This document shows, one piece after another, positions 18,218-28,539 of a stretch of 64,000 nucleotides of DNA (its first letter is position 1; each line of letters starts with the position of its first letter). Under the pieces are notes generated by a model, which saw nothing but the letters and a program-made list of their open reading frames with translations, was not told where the DNA came from and did not search any database. Both the position numbers and the translations under genes were made by a program. Source of the stretch: Candidatus Heteroruminococcus faecigallinarum (GTDB lineage: Bacteria; Bacillota; Clostridia; Oscillospirales; Ruminococcaceae); the NCBI GenBank assembly GCA_904387055.1, contig CAJFKV010000003.1, positions 17,499-81,498 of the forward strand, given 5' to 3'.

Positions 18218-19237
18218 ATGACCAAGCGTGAACGTTTTGAGAAATTCCTGGCAAACGAGCCTGTGGATCGTGTCCCTGTGGCATTTTTCCACCATTTTAC
18301 CACCGAGCAGGAATGGCTTAGCGGTATGACCAATGAAGCTGCTTTTGAAAAGAACATCGAGGGACACCGGAAGGCCCGGGAGGTCTTTGATCCCGATGTA
18401 ATCAAGGTCATGAACGATACCCTGATGATCATGCCGGTGGACGCTTCTTTTGTAAAGACTCCCGCCGATCTGCGGAAGATTCAGCCCCCCATGCCTGGTT
18501 CTCCCTTCTTTGAAAAGAGCAAAGAGCTGACCCAGCGGGTAGTGGAGATTTACAAGGGCTCCGATGCGCCCATCTATATCACCGGATTCAGCCCCTGCAT
18601 CATCCTGCGCACCGCCATCAGCGGGATGGATGTGGGAACCGAAAAGTCGGATAAGACCAAGCTCCACACCTTCCTGGAGGAGGATCCCGAGTCGGTGATG
18701 GCGGCGCTGGACAAGATTGCCGACAGTGTAATTGCCCTTACCAAGATGCTGCTGACCGAAACCGGCGCCGAGGCCATCTATCTGAGCGTCAACAACCAGT
18801 CCCATTATGTGCCCGACGAGTTCTATACCAAGTACATTACGCCTTCGGACAAAAAGGTCATCGCCGCCGTCAATGAGCTGAGCAAGTTCAACATGCTCCA
18901 TATCTGCGGGTACCACGGCAAGGCCAACAACCTGGAGCTTTTCAAAGACTATGACTTCCCGGTTATCAACTGGGCGGTGCACGCCGAGGGCGTGGGCCTG
19001 GCCGAAGGCAAGAAGATCTTTGGCGGCAAGCCGGTTTGCGGCGGCTTTGCCCAGGCGGAGACCATCTACACCGGCACCCGGGAGGAAGTAAAGGCCGAGA
19101 CCTACAAGTATCTGGACGAAGTGGGCCAGGTGGGCGTGATGCTGGGCGCCGACTGCACCGTCCCCACCGATATTGACGACAACCGTCTGGAATGGGTGCG
19201 GCAGGCCGCCGTCGACTACGCCGCCGAGCACAAATAA
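18218..19237 (+). CDS. uroporphyrinogen decarboxylase (URO-D) family protein (MtaA/CmuA-like methyltransferase fold)
   Basis: 339 aa. RBS AAGGAG. N-terminal ...EPVDRVPVAFF..., ...MLHICG..., ...GADCTVP... Visibly more AT-rich than the flanking DNA. Confidence 0.7.
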   Translation: MTKRERFEKFLANEPVDRVPVAFFHHFTTEQEWLSGMTNEAAFEKNIEGHRKAREVFDPDVIKVMNDTLMIMPVDASFVKTPADLRKIQPPMPGSPFFEKSKELTQRVVEIYKGSDAPIYITGFSPCIILRTAISGMDVGTEKSDKTKLHTFLEEDPESVMAALDKIADSVIALTKMLLTETGAEAIYLSVNNQSHYVPDEFYTKYITPSDKKVIAAVNELSKFNMLHICGYHGKANNLELFKDYDFPVINWAVHAEGVGLAEGKKIFGGKPVCGGFAQAETIYTGTREEVKAETYKYLDEVGQVGVMLGADCTVPTDIDDNRLEWVRQAAVDYAAEHK

Positions 19238-19329
19238 CGGCGCGGCAGGATAGAATGACAATGGAGGCGGCAGCCCGGCGGGGCTGCCGCCCACCCAGAT
19301 ATAGAAACATACAAGGAGGGGATTTTATT

Positions 19330-20517
19330 ATGGAAAATGGGAAAAGAACCGGCTGGCAGACCTTCCAAGCCTGGTTCGGCATTGGCGCGCTGATGTTTGG
19401 TACCTACTGCGGCGCCAATATGGCCAGCGGTGTGTACGCCTCCGCTTACATCGTCACCCTGGGCGGCGGCTGGGCCTTTGTGTGGCTGGCCATGTTCTGT
19501 GTGGCAATGTCCTTCTTCTGCAGCGTGGGCCTCAACTTTATCCGGGCCTACAAGGTGAACAACTACAATGCCTATTATCTGGCCCTGTACGGCCTCCAGA
19601 AGCCGGATTCCAACGCGCTGCTCAAGAACATTGTCACCATCTTTTTTGATATTTACACCATCCTGATGGGGCTGGTTACAGTAGCCGCCACAATCGCCCT
19701 CTTTGCAGAGCTGTTTTACTCCCTGCTGGGTGTGCCGGTTTTCATCGGCAGCGTGGGAGCGGTGCTCCTTTTTGCGGTGCTTACCATCTACGGGGCCGGC
19801 TTCCTGCGGAAGTTTAACACCGTCATGACAATTTCCCTGATTTTGTCCATTCTTGCTATTCTGGTTTCGGTGATTGCCATCCGGGGGGATGTGCTGGCCG
19901 AGCGGATCGGAAACTTTGAGATCGGTCCGGACTGGGGAATTACTGCTCTGGGAGCCCATCTTTCCATGTTTGTCTCCTACTGCTTTACCACCTCCAGCTG
20001 GGGTTCTTCCCTGAGCAACTATGCGGATCAGATTCACACCAAGAAGGACGCCATTGGATCGGGCATTACCATCGGCATCATGGTGACCTCCCTCTTTGTG
20101 GCCACCGGCGCCATCGTGCTTCCCTTTATGCCGGAAGCCTATGCCGACAGCGCCCCCATCCTCACCATCTGCCAGAAGTACCTGAACCCGGTGCTGACCA
20201 TTGTGTACTGGCTGGTGGTCATCCTGTCGGTGGTGTCCACTGCCCCCACCTTTACCTTTAACGTGGCCAACCGGTGGTCCATCGTCTGGAAGACCGACAA
20301 GATTCCCCAGAAGGCCAAGTTCTTTATCCTGTCCATGGCCTTCCTGCTGGCCTGCTGGTTCATCTCCGGCGTGGGATTGATGGCCATCGTCCAGAAGGGA
20401 TACGTCATGCTGGGCAACATCGCCCTCTTTGCCGTGGTAATCCCCTTGCTGATTTCCATGGTGCGGGTCCATCGTCTGGACAAGAAGAACAAGGAAGAAG
20501 GGAAGGAGCCTGCCTAA
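19330..20517 (+). CDS. polytopic membrane transporter (YkvI-like, APC-superfamily-like)
   Basis: RBS AGGAGG then ATG at 19330. 395 aa, about 11-12 TM helices, FGTYCGANMASGVYA near the N-terminus. Confidence 0.6.
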   Translation: MENGKRTGWQTFQAWFGIGALMFGTYCGANMASGVYASAYIVTLGGGWAFVWLAMFCVAMSFFCSVGLNFIRAYKVNNYNAYYLALYGLQKPDSNALLKNIVTIFFDIYTILMGLVTVAATIALFAELFYSLLGVPVFIGSVGAVLLFAVLTIYGAGFLRKFNTVMTISLILSILAILVSVIAIRGDVLAERIGNFEIGPDWGITALGAHLSMFVSYCFTTSSWGSSLSNYADQIHTKKDAIGSGITIGIMVTSLFVATGAIVLPFMPEAYADSAPILTICQKYLNPVLTIVYWLVVILSVVSTAPTFTFNVANRWSIVWKTDKIPQKAKFFILSMAFLLACWFISGVGLMAIVQKGYVMLGNIALFAVVIPLLISMVRVHRLDKKNKEEGKEPA

Positions 20518-20571
20518 GGGAGGATTCTCCCGGGCCGCAGATGCGGCTGGCTGGTTTCTTTGAAAACAAAC

Positions 20572-20610
20572 GCCCGATAGTACAGGAGTATTGTATTATC
20601 GGGCATTTTT
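20572..20610 (+). terminator. intrinsic terminator after the transporter gene
   Basis: GCCCGATA...TATCGGGC stem followed by ATTTTT. Confidence 0.55.
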
Positions 20611-20672
20611 GTGGAAAAAAGTGGGCCTGGCCTCCCTCAAAGGCTGTAACTATCTGGGGAAGGAGATACAAA

Positions 20673-21938
20673 ATGGATGTTCATCAGTATGCCAACTACC
20701 TGCAGATCCTCCGCAAGGAACTGATTCCCGCCATGGGCTGCACCGAGCCCATCGCCGTTGCCTTCGCGGCGGCCAAGGCCCGCCAGGTGCTGGGTGTCAT
20801 GCCCGAGCGGATGGTGGCCCGGTGCAGCGGCAACATCATCAAAAACGTCAAGGGGGTCAGCGTGCCCAATGCCGGCGGCCAGAAGGGAATTGAAGCGGCG
20901 GCGGTTTTGGGAGCGCTGGCGGGGAAGGCGGATCTGGAGCTGGAGGTCATCAGCCAGGCGACCCCTCAGGAGGCGGAAGAAACCCGCCGGCTGGTGGCCG
21001 CGGGGCTTTGCCGGTGCCAGCTGGCAGAAAAGGTGGAAAATCTGTATATCTGCATCGAGGCGGCGGCCGGGGAGGACACGGCGGTTGTGGAGGTGAAGAC
21101 CAAGCACAACCACATCTCCCGCATTGAGAAGAATGGGCAGGTGCTGCTGTCCGCCGACGATATCCCCGTAGAGGACGGCGGCGACAAGAGCCAGCTGAAC
21201 CTGAAGGACATCCTGGAGTTTGCCAACGCGGTGAAGCTGGAGGATGTGGAAGAGGTGATCGGCCGGCAGATCCAGTACAACTGCGCCATCTCCCGGGAAG
21301 GACTGGACCGGGAATGGGGCGCTTCGGTGGGCCGGACGGTGCTGGAAACGGGCGGCGAAGACCTGCGGACCCAGGCGATTGCCCGGGCGGCGGCGGGATC
21401 GGATGCCCGGATGAACGGCTGTGCCCTGCCGGTGGTGATCAACGCCGGCAGCGGGAACCAGGGGATTACCTGCACCCTGCCGGTGGTGACCTATGCGGAG
21501 GCGATGGGGGTGGGGAAGGAGAAGCTCTACCGGGCGATGGTCCTCACCAACCTGATTGCCCTCCATCAGAAGCGGTATATCGGCAACCTGTCCGCCTACT
21601 GCGGGGCGGTTTCGGCGGGGACCGCTGCCGCCTGCGGAGTGGCCTACCTCCATGGGGAGGGGTACGAGGTGATCGGCAAGACCATCGTCAACTCCCTGGG
21701 CAACACAGGGGGGATCGTCTGTGACGGGGCCAAGGCCTCCTGTGCCGCCAAAATTGCCTCGGCGGTAAACGGCGGGCTGCTGGGGTACGAGATGGCCAAG
21801 CGGGGCCGGGTCTTCCCCTTTGGAGAAGGGCTGGTGGAAGGCGATTACGAGCAGACCATCCGCAACTTCGGCCAGCTGGGACGCAGCGGCATGAAGGAAA
21901 CCGACGTGGAGATCCTCCACATGATGATCGGCGACTGA
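20673..21938 (+). CDS. UPF0597 / L-cysteine desulfidase family (serine dehydratase alpha-like) protein
   Basis: RBS AAGGAG. MDVHQYANYLQILRKELIPAMGCTEPIAVAFAAA..., INAGSGNQGIT, GIVCDGAKASCAAK. Confidence 0.8.
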   Translation: MDVHQYANYLQILRKELIPAMGCTEPIAVAFAAAKARQVLGVMPERMVARCSGNIIKNVKGVSVPNAGGQKGIEAAAVLGALAGKADLELEVISQATPQEAEETRRLVAAGLCRCQLAEKVENLYICIEAAAGEDTAVVEVKTKHNHISRIEKNGQVLLSADDIPVEDGGDKSQLNLKDILEFANAVKLEDVEEVIGRQIQYNCAISREGLDREWGASVGRTVLETGGEDLRTQAIARAAAGSDARMNGCALPVVINAGSGNQGITCTLPVVTYAEAMGVGKEKLYRAMVLTNLIALHQKRYIGNLSAYCGAVSAGTAAACGVAYLHGEGYEVIGKTIVNSLGNTGGIVCDGAKASCAAKIASAVNGGLLGYEMAKRGRVFPFGEGLVEGDYEQTIRNFGQLGRSGMKETDVEILHMMIGD

Positions 21939-21958
21939 CGGGAAGAAGGCATCCCCCC

Positions 21959-21996
21959 AACAGGCCCGCTCCCTGCGAGGGAAGCGGGCCTGTTTT
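21959..21996. terminator. bidirectional terminator
   Basis: AACAGGCCCGCT and AGCGGGCCTGTT arms followed by TT, between convergent genes. Confidence 0.65.
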
Positions 21997-22005
21997 GATG
22001 GAGGC

Positions 22006-23799
<1,794 letters not shown>

Positions 23800-23901
23800 G
23801 GGGCGCTCCTTTCGGAAAATGGGGGATTTTCCGCCGTTTTGGGCGGATGAGGGGCACGGCGGCCAACGGCCGCTTTTTTTCGCCCTCCTGCGGATGAATG
23901 G

Positions 23902-23930
23902 TTGAAATATCGGCGGTAAGGCCGTATAAT
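23902..23930 (+). promoter_or_regulatory. sigma-A promoter for corA
   Basis: TTGAAA, 17-nt spacer, TATAAT. Confidence 0.6.
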
Positions 23931-24009
23931 AGTACTGGTGCGTTGGAATCTTCTGCGGCAGGCGGGCGGTTCCAGACGGGCGAACCACTGCCGAAGGGGG
24001 AAGAGTTCG

Positions 24010-24942
24010 GTGATTTCTTTCTACAAAACGATTGACAATACGGTTCAGCCGGTGGACGAGCTGGTGGATGGCTGCTGGGTGTCGGTGGTATCCCCCACCG
24101 CCAGCGACCTGGGCTTTTTGGCGGACCAGCTGGGAGTAGACCCCGGGTTTGTCCAGGCGGCAATGGACGAGGAGGAAAGCTCCCGGATTGAGAGCGACGA
24201 GGGACAGACCCTGGTCATTGTGGACGTTCCCTCCGCCGACCCCCAGCCCCAGGACGAACGTACCATAGTATATTCCACCCTGCCTATGAGCATTATCATT
24301 CTGGAGAATTATGTAATCACCGTCTGCCTGCGGCCCCTTCAGGTAATTGAGGACATTGCGGAGGGGCGGGTGAGAGGGGTGGCCACCCACCTGAAGACCC
24401 GTTTCCTCTTTACCCTCCTGCTGCGGATTGCCAACCGCTTCCTGATCTACCTGAAGCAGATCGACAAATTGACCTCCTACACCGAGATGCAGCTCCACAA
24501 GGCCATGAAAAACGCCGAGCTGATCCAGCTGCTGGGGCTGCAAAAGTCCCTGGTGTTCTTCTCCACCTCCCTGAAGTCCAATGAGATGACCATGGAGAAG
24601 ATCCTGCGGGGGCGGATCCTCAAGCTCTACGAGGAGGACGAGGAGCTGCTGGAGGACGTGCTCATCGAGATCAAGCAGGCCATTGAGATGTGTAGCATTT
24701 ACACGGGGATTCTGTCCAGCACCATGGATGCCTTCGGATCCATCATCTCCAACAATCTGAACATTGTGATGAAGGTGTTGACCTCCCTGACGGTGGTGAT
24801 GGCCATCCCCACCATGGTGTCCGGCTTTTATGGGATGAATGTTTCGGGCCTTCCGTTCCCCTACTTCTGGTTCCCCACCCTGGTGACCCTGATTCTGGTG
24901 GCGGTGGCGACCATCATTCTGGTAAAGAAAGGGATGTTCTGA
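24010..24942 (+). CDS. corA: CorA-family magnesium/cobalt transporter
   Basis: GTG start after AAGGGGGA. C-terminal GFYGMNV motif and two TM helices. Confidence 0.88.
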   Translation: MISFYKTIDNTVQPVDELVDGCWVSVVSPTASDLGFLADQLGVDPGFVQAAMDEEESSRIESDEGQTLVIVDVPSADPQPQDERTIVYSTLPMSIIILENYVITVCLRPLQVIEDIAEGRVRGVATHLKTRFLFTLLLRIANRFLIYLKQIDKLTSYTEMQLHKAMKNAELIQLLGLQKSLVFFSTSLKSNEMTMEKILRGRILKLYEEDEELLEDVLIEIKQAIEMCSIYTGILSSTMDAFGSIISNNLNIVMKVLTSLTVVMAIPTMVSGFYGMNVSGLPFPYFWFPTLVTLILVAVATIILVKKGMF

Positions 24943-24994
24943 CAGGGGAAAAGGCGAGGGGCCCGGTGGAAACAGGCCGTTTTGTAGGTTTGAA

Positions 24995-25030
24995 ATTAGC
25001 TTTGACTAACTTGTGAGGCGGGGCATACTG
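24995..25030 (+). promoter_or_regulatory. ZIP-gene promoter overlapped by an ATTAG-N6-CTAAC palindrome
   Basis: ATTAGCTTTGACTAAC at 24995-25010. TTGACT (25002-25007), 16/17-nt spacer, CATACT. Confidence 0.55.
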
Positions 25031-25103
25031 TCTGTAAGAAGCGCTCTTCCGGCCCTTGGGCGGGAGGAGGGGCGGCTGCCCGGCCTCGAAAGGAGGAAGA
25101 TGG

Positions 25104-25895
25104 ATGAACGGTATTGCATGGGCGGCGGTAGGGACCGGCTTTACCTTTGGAATGACCACCCTGGGCGCGGCGCTGGTGTTCTTTTTCCGCAGGGGGGTGA
25201 GCCCCCAGCTGCAGCGGGTGCTGCAGGGATTTGCGGCGGGGGTGATGATCGCCGCCTCGGTGTGGAGCCTGCTGATCCCGGCCATCGAGGAGGCGGAGGC
25301 CGCGGGCATTCCCGGGTGGATGCCGGCGGCGGGAGGCTTCGTGCTGGGGATTGCCTTCCTGATGGTGCTGGACCTGTGCCTGCCCCATCTGCATCCCGGC
25401 TCCCGGGAACCGGAGGGCCGTCAAGCCGGCTGGAAGCGGACCACCATGCTGGTGCTGGCAGTCACCCTCCACAACATTCCCGAAGGAATGGCGGTGGGCC
25501 TTTCCTTCGCCCTGGCTGCCCAGCACACGGGGGAAGCGGCCCTGGGAGCGTCGGCCCTGGCGCTGGCCCTGGGCATCGGGATTCAGAACTTTCCCGAGGG
25601 AGCGGCCATCTCCCTGCCCCTGCGGCAGGAGGGCTTGTCCCGGCTGCGCAGCTTTGCCTATGGAAGCCTGTCGGGAATTGTGGAGCCGATCTTCGGCATT
25701 TTGGTGGTGCTGGCGGCGGGGACGATCCAGCCGCTGATGCCCTGGCTGCTCAGCTTTGCGGCGGGGGCCATGCTCTATGTGGTGGTGGAGGAGCTGATCC
25801 CCGAGGCCCATCTGGGGGAACATTCCCACCTGGGAACCTTGGGGGTCATGGGCGGCTTCCTGGTGATGATGGTGCTGGATGTGGCCTTGGGATAG
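25104..25895 (+). CDS. ZIP-family (ZupT-like) divalent metal transporter
   Basis: RBS AGGAGG. MNGIAWAAVGTGF...LAVTLHNIPEGMAVG...GIGIQNFPEGAAIS... Confidence 0.88.
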   Translation: MNGIAWAAVGTGFTFGMTTLGAALVFFFRRGVSPQLQRVLQGFAAGVMIAASVWSLLIPAIEEAEAAGIPGWMPAAGGFVLGIAFLMVLDLCLPHLHPGSREPEGRQAGWKRTTMLVLAVTLHNIPEGMAVGLSFALAAQHTGEAALGASALALALGIGIQNFPEGAAISLPLRQEGLSRLRSFAYGSLSGIVEPIFGILVVLAAGTIQPLMPWLLSFAAGAMLYVVVEELIPEAHLGEHSHLGTLGVMGGFLVMMVLDVALG

Positions 25896-26002
25896 GAAGA
25901 AAGCGAGGACTCGCTGTCGAAAGAAGGCAGGATTTTTCTTTCTTCGGCTGATGAAGCTTGACTTTTCCCGGTCAAATGGAGTACACTGGAGCTGGTAGAG
26001 AA

Positions 26003-26026
26003 GGTTAGCAATCGCTAACCTTTTTT
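26003..26026 (+). terminator. hairpin plus T6; also a GTTAG-N6-CTAAC palindrome copy
   Basis: GGTTAGC-AATC-GCTAACC followed by TTTTTT. Confidence 0.55.
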
Positions 26027-26038
26027 ACGTGGAAGAAA

Positions 26039-26056
26039 TGTTAGCTATGACTAACA
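26039..26056. promoter_or_regulatory. perfect palindrome TGTTAG-CTATGA-CTAACA upstream of the P-type ATPase operon
   Basis: Read directly from the sequence. 49 nt upstream of the ATG at 26105. Overlaps a weak ATGACT-17-TATTGA promoter-like element. Confidence 0.5.
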
Positions 26057-26104
26057 GAAAATGAGGCCATATTGACCTTCAGCACAAGAAAGGACGGAAT
26101 CCCT

Positions 26105-26344
26105 ATGAATTGTTTTCACTGCATCAAAAATGAAAAGTTTCTCTGCTTTGTAGGTGGGATTGCAGCTGCTACCATCGGGGTAAAGGCCATCAGGAGCCCA
26201 CAGGCCCGCAAACTGTGTGTTACCGGCATGGCCAAAGGGATGAAGCTGCAAAAGGATGCCCAGGCCATGTTCCAGAACATGAAAGAGGATGCCCAGGACC
26301 TGTGTTATGACGCGAAGATGGAAGCTGAGGGGAAGGACGCATAA
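26105..26344 (+). CDS. 79-aa Cys-containing membrane-associated protein (hypothetical ATPase partner)
   Basis: RBS AAAGGA. MNCFHCIKNEKFLCFVGGIAAATIGV... then an amphipathic Lys/Gln/Ala-rich helix. Its TAA overlaps the ATPase ATG (TAATG). Confidence 0.6.
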   Translation: MNCFHCIKNEKFLCFVGGIAAATIGVKAIRSPQARKLCVTGMAKGMKLQKDAQAMFQNMKEDAQDLCYDAKMEAEGKDA

Positions 26345-28506
26345 TGCACAGCACCATTGTCTATGATCGACCGGGCCGACTGCGCCTTCGGTGTGGCCAA
26401 TATGCCTTTGACCAGCGGCAGGCGCCGGGGATCGAGGCCCTTCTGATGGGCGAGATGGGGGTGGAGCAGGTGACCGCCTGCTCCACCAACGGCAGCATTC
26501 TCGTCCTTTATCGCGGTACGGCCAGAGCGCGGATTCTGGAGCGGGTGGCCGCCATCCGCCGGGACACCATCCCTGCAGCCCCTCAGGAAACGGTCCAGGG
26601 GCTGCAGGAGATCGACAATTGGTTTTGGAACCGGTTTGCTTGGATGGTGGTCCGACGTGCCCTGTTCCGGTTTATTCTTCCTTCGCCGATTCGAATGGCG
26701 GTGACCCTGATAAAGGCGCTGGGATATGGGAGGGCTGGCCTGCACAGCTTGTTCCGTGGGAGGATGGACGTGTCGGTTTTGGATGCGGCCTCCATTGGGG
26801 CGGCCATCGCCCAGGGTTCCTATGCCACCGCCAGCTCGGTGATGTTCTTGCTGTCCCTTTCCGGACTGCTGGAGGAGTATACCCGCCGCCGCACGGGGAC
26901 AGCACTCCGGCAAAGCCTGACAATCCATGTGGATCAGGTGTGGCGGGTGGAAGAAAACGGCCGTGAGGAATCGATTCCCATGGCTTCCCTGCAGGTGGGG
27001 GAGAAGATCCGCATTCGCTGTGGATCGCTGATCCCCGTGGACGGCAAAGTAACCGACGGCGACGGCATGGTGAACGAAGCAGCCATGACCGGAGAACCGC
27101 TGGCTGTTCATAAGCGGCCCGGATCGGTGGTTTATGCGGGCACCACTATGGAAGAGGGGACGCTCACGGTGGAGGTGACCGCTCTTTCCGGGGAGAGCCG
27201 GATCAGTCAGATCGTGGAGATGATTGAAGAGTCGGAAAATTTGAAGGCCGGCGTACAGAGCCGGGCCGAACACCTCGCCGATGCCATTGTTCCGCTCAGC
27301 TTTTTGGGAGCTTTGGGGGTGGGAGCGGTAACCCGCAGCCTGACCAAGGCCCTCTCGGTCCTGATGGTGGACTACTCCTGCGCCATCAAGCTGTCCACCC
27401 CCATTGCGGTGATTTCCGCCATGCGGGAGGCGGCGACCCACAAGCTGATGGTGAAGGGAGGCAAGTATCTGGAAGCCTTTGCCCGGGCGGACACCATGAT
27501 TTTTGACAAGACCGGCACCTTGACTGCCGCCTGCCCTCAGGTGACCAAGGTGATTCCTCTGGCCGGCTATAGCCGGGACCAGGTACTGCGGATTGCCGCC
27601 TGTATCGAGGAGCATTTCCCCCACAGCATGGCCCGGGCGGTGGTCCAAAAGGCAGTGGAGGAGAATCTCCAGCATGAGGAACGTCATGCGCAGGTGGAAT
27701 ACGTGGTGGCCCATGGGGTGTCCACCCAGCTGTATGGCCAGCGTGCCCTCATCGGCAGCTACCATTTTATCTTTGAGGACGAACAGATCCCCTTTCCTCA
27801 GGAGGAGAAAGAGCTGGTGGAACGGGAGACGGCCGGGTCCTCCGCACTGTATCTGGCCATCGGCGGCCGGCTGGCGGGGGTAATCTGCATCAGCGACCCA
27901 CCCCGGCCGGAGGCTGCCCAAGCCATTCAAGAGCTGCGGGAACTGGGGATCCGCCAGGTGGTGATGCTGACCGGCGACCACGAAAACGCCGCCCGCAGCG
28001 CCTGCCGGCAGATGGGTATCTCCCAGTACCGTGCCCAGGTGCTTCCCGACGAAAAGGCCACGCTGGTGGCCCGGTACAAGGAGGGAAGCGCCGGGGTGAT
28101 TATGGTGGGGGACGGCATCAACGATTCCCCCGCCCTGGCTGCCGCCGATGTATCGGTGGCCATGAAGGATTCCTCCGACCTTGCCCGGGAAGTGGCGGAT
28201 ATTACCCTTCTTTCGGCAGACCTGAGGGATCTGGCGGTACTGCGCCGGCTGAGCAGAAGGATGCTGGAGCGGATCGACCGAAATTATCGGACCATCCTTT
28301 CATTCAATACGGCCCTGCTGCTGTTGGGACTGGGTGGCGTACTGCGGCCCACCACTACGGCCATGCTGCACAATCTGTCCACCATGGCCATTGCGGCGGG
28401 CAGCATGCGCCTGTATTTGAAGGAGGAAGACGGCAAACGACAGACGAAACAAACGGCCCTTCCGGCATCCCGCCAGGGATCGGGCCGGAGACGGGGAAGC
28501 CTGTAG
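26344..28506 (+). CDS. heavy-metal-type (P1B) P-type ATPase with a non-canonical TM4 motif
   Basis: 720 aa. TGEP, DKTGTLT and GDGINDSPALAAADV are present. TM4 reads VDYSCAIKLSTP rather than CPC. The last TM carries HNLST. The N-terminal HMA-like domain has no CxxC. Confidence 0.88.
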   Translation: MHSTIVYDRPGRLRLRCGQYAFDQRQAPGIEALLMGEMGVEQVTACSTNGSILVLYRGTARARILERVAAIRRDTIPAAPQETVQGLQEIDNWFWNRFAWMVVRRALFRFILPSPIRMAVTLIKALGYGRAGLHSLFRGRMDVSVLDAASIGAAIAQGSYATASSVMFLLSLSGLLEEYTRRRTGTALRQSLTIHVDQVWRVEENGREESIPMASLQVGEKIRIRCGSLIPVDGKVTDGDGMVNEAAMTGEPLAVHKRPGSVVYAGTTMEEGTLTVEVTALSGESRISQIVEMIEESENLKAGVQSRAEHLADAIVPLSFLGALGVGAVTRSLTKALSVLMVDYSCAIKLSTPIAVISAMREAATHKLMVKGGKYLEAFARADTMIFDKTGTLTAACPQVTKVIPLAGYSRDQVLRIAACIEEHFPHSMARAVVQKAVEENLQHEERHAQVEYVVAHGVSTQLYGQRALIGSYHFIFEDEQIPFPQEEKELVERETAGSSALYLAIGGRLAGVICISDPPRPEAAQAIQELRELGIRQVVMLTGDHENAARSACRQMGISQYRAQVLPDEKATLVARYKEGSAGVIMVGDGINDSPALAAADVSVAMKDSSDLAREVADITLLSADLRDLAVLRRLSRRMLERIDRNYRTILSFNTALLLLGLGGVLRPTTTAMLHNLSTMAIAAGSMRLYLKEEDGKRQTKQTALPASRQGSGRRRGSL

Positions 28507-28539
28507 GGCCCTGCCTTTTGCCGGGGAAAGGAGCAGGTC

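Noticed and set aside
23865-23886. GCGGCC-AAC-GGCCGC hairpin plus T7 upstream of the corA promoter
   Set aside because: It looks like a plus-strand terminator but no plus-strand gene precedes it. It may insulate corA from antisense or read-through transcription. The evidence is too weak for a feature call.
23931-24009. Possible Mg2+ (M-box) riboswitch in the corA leader
   Set aside because: The leader is only about 80 nt and lacks the long multi-helix M-box architecture.
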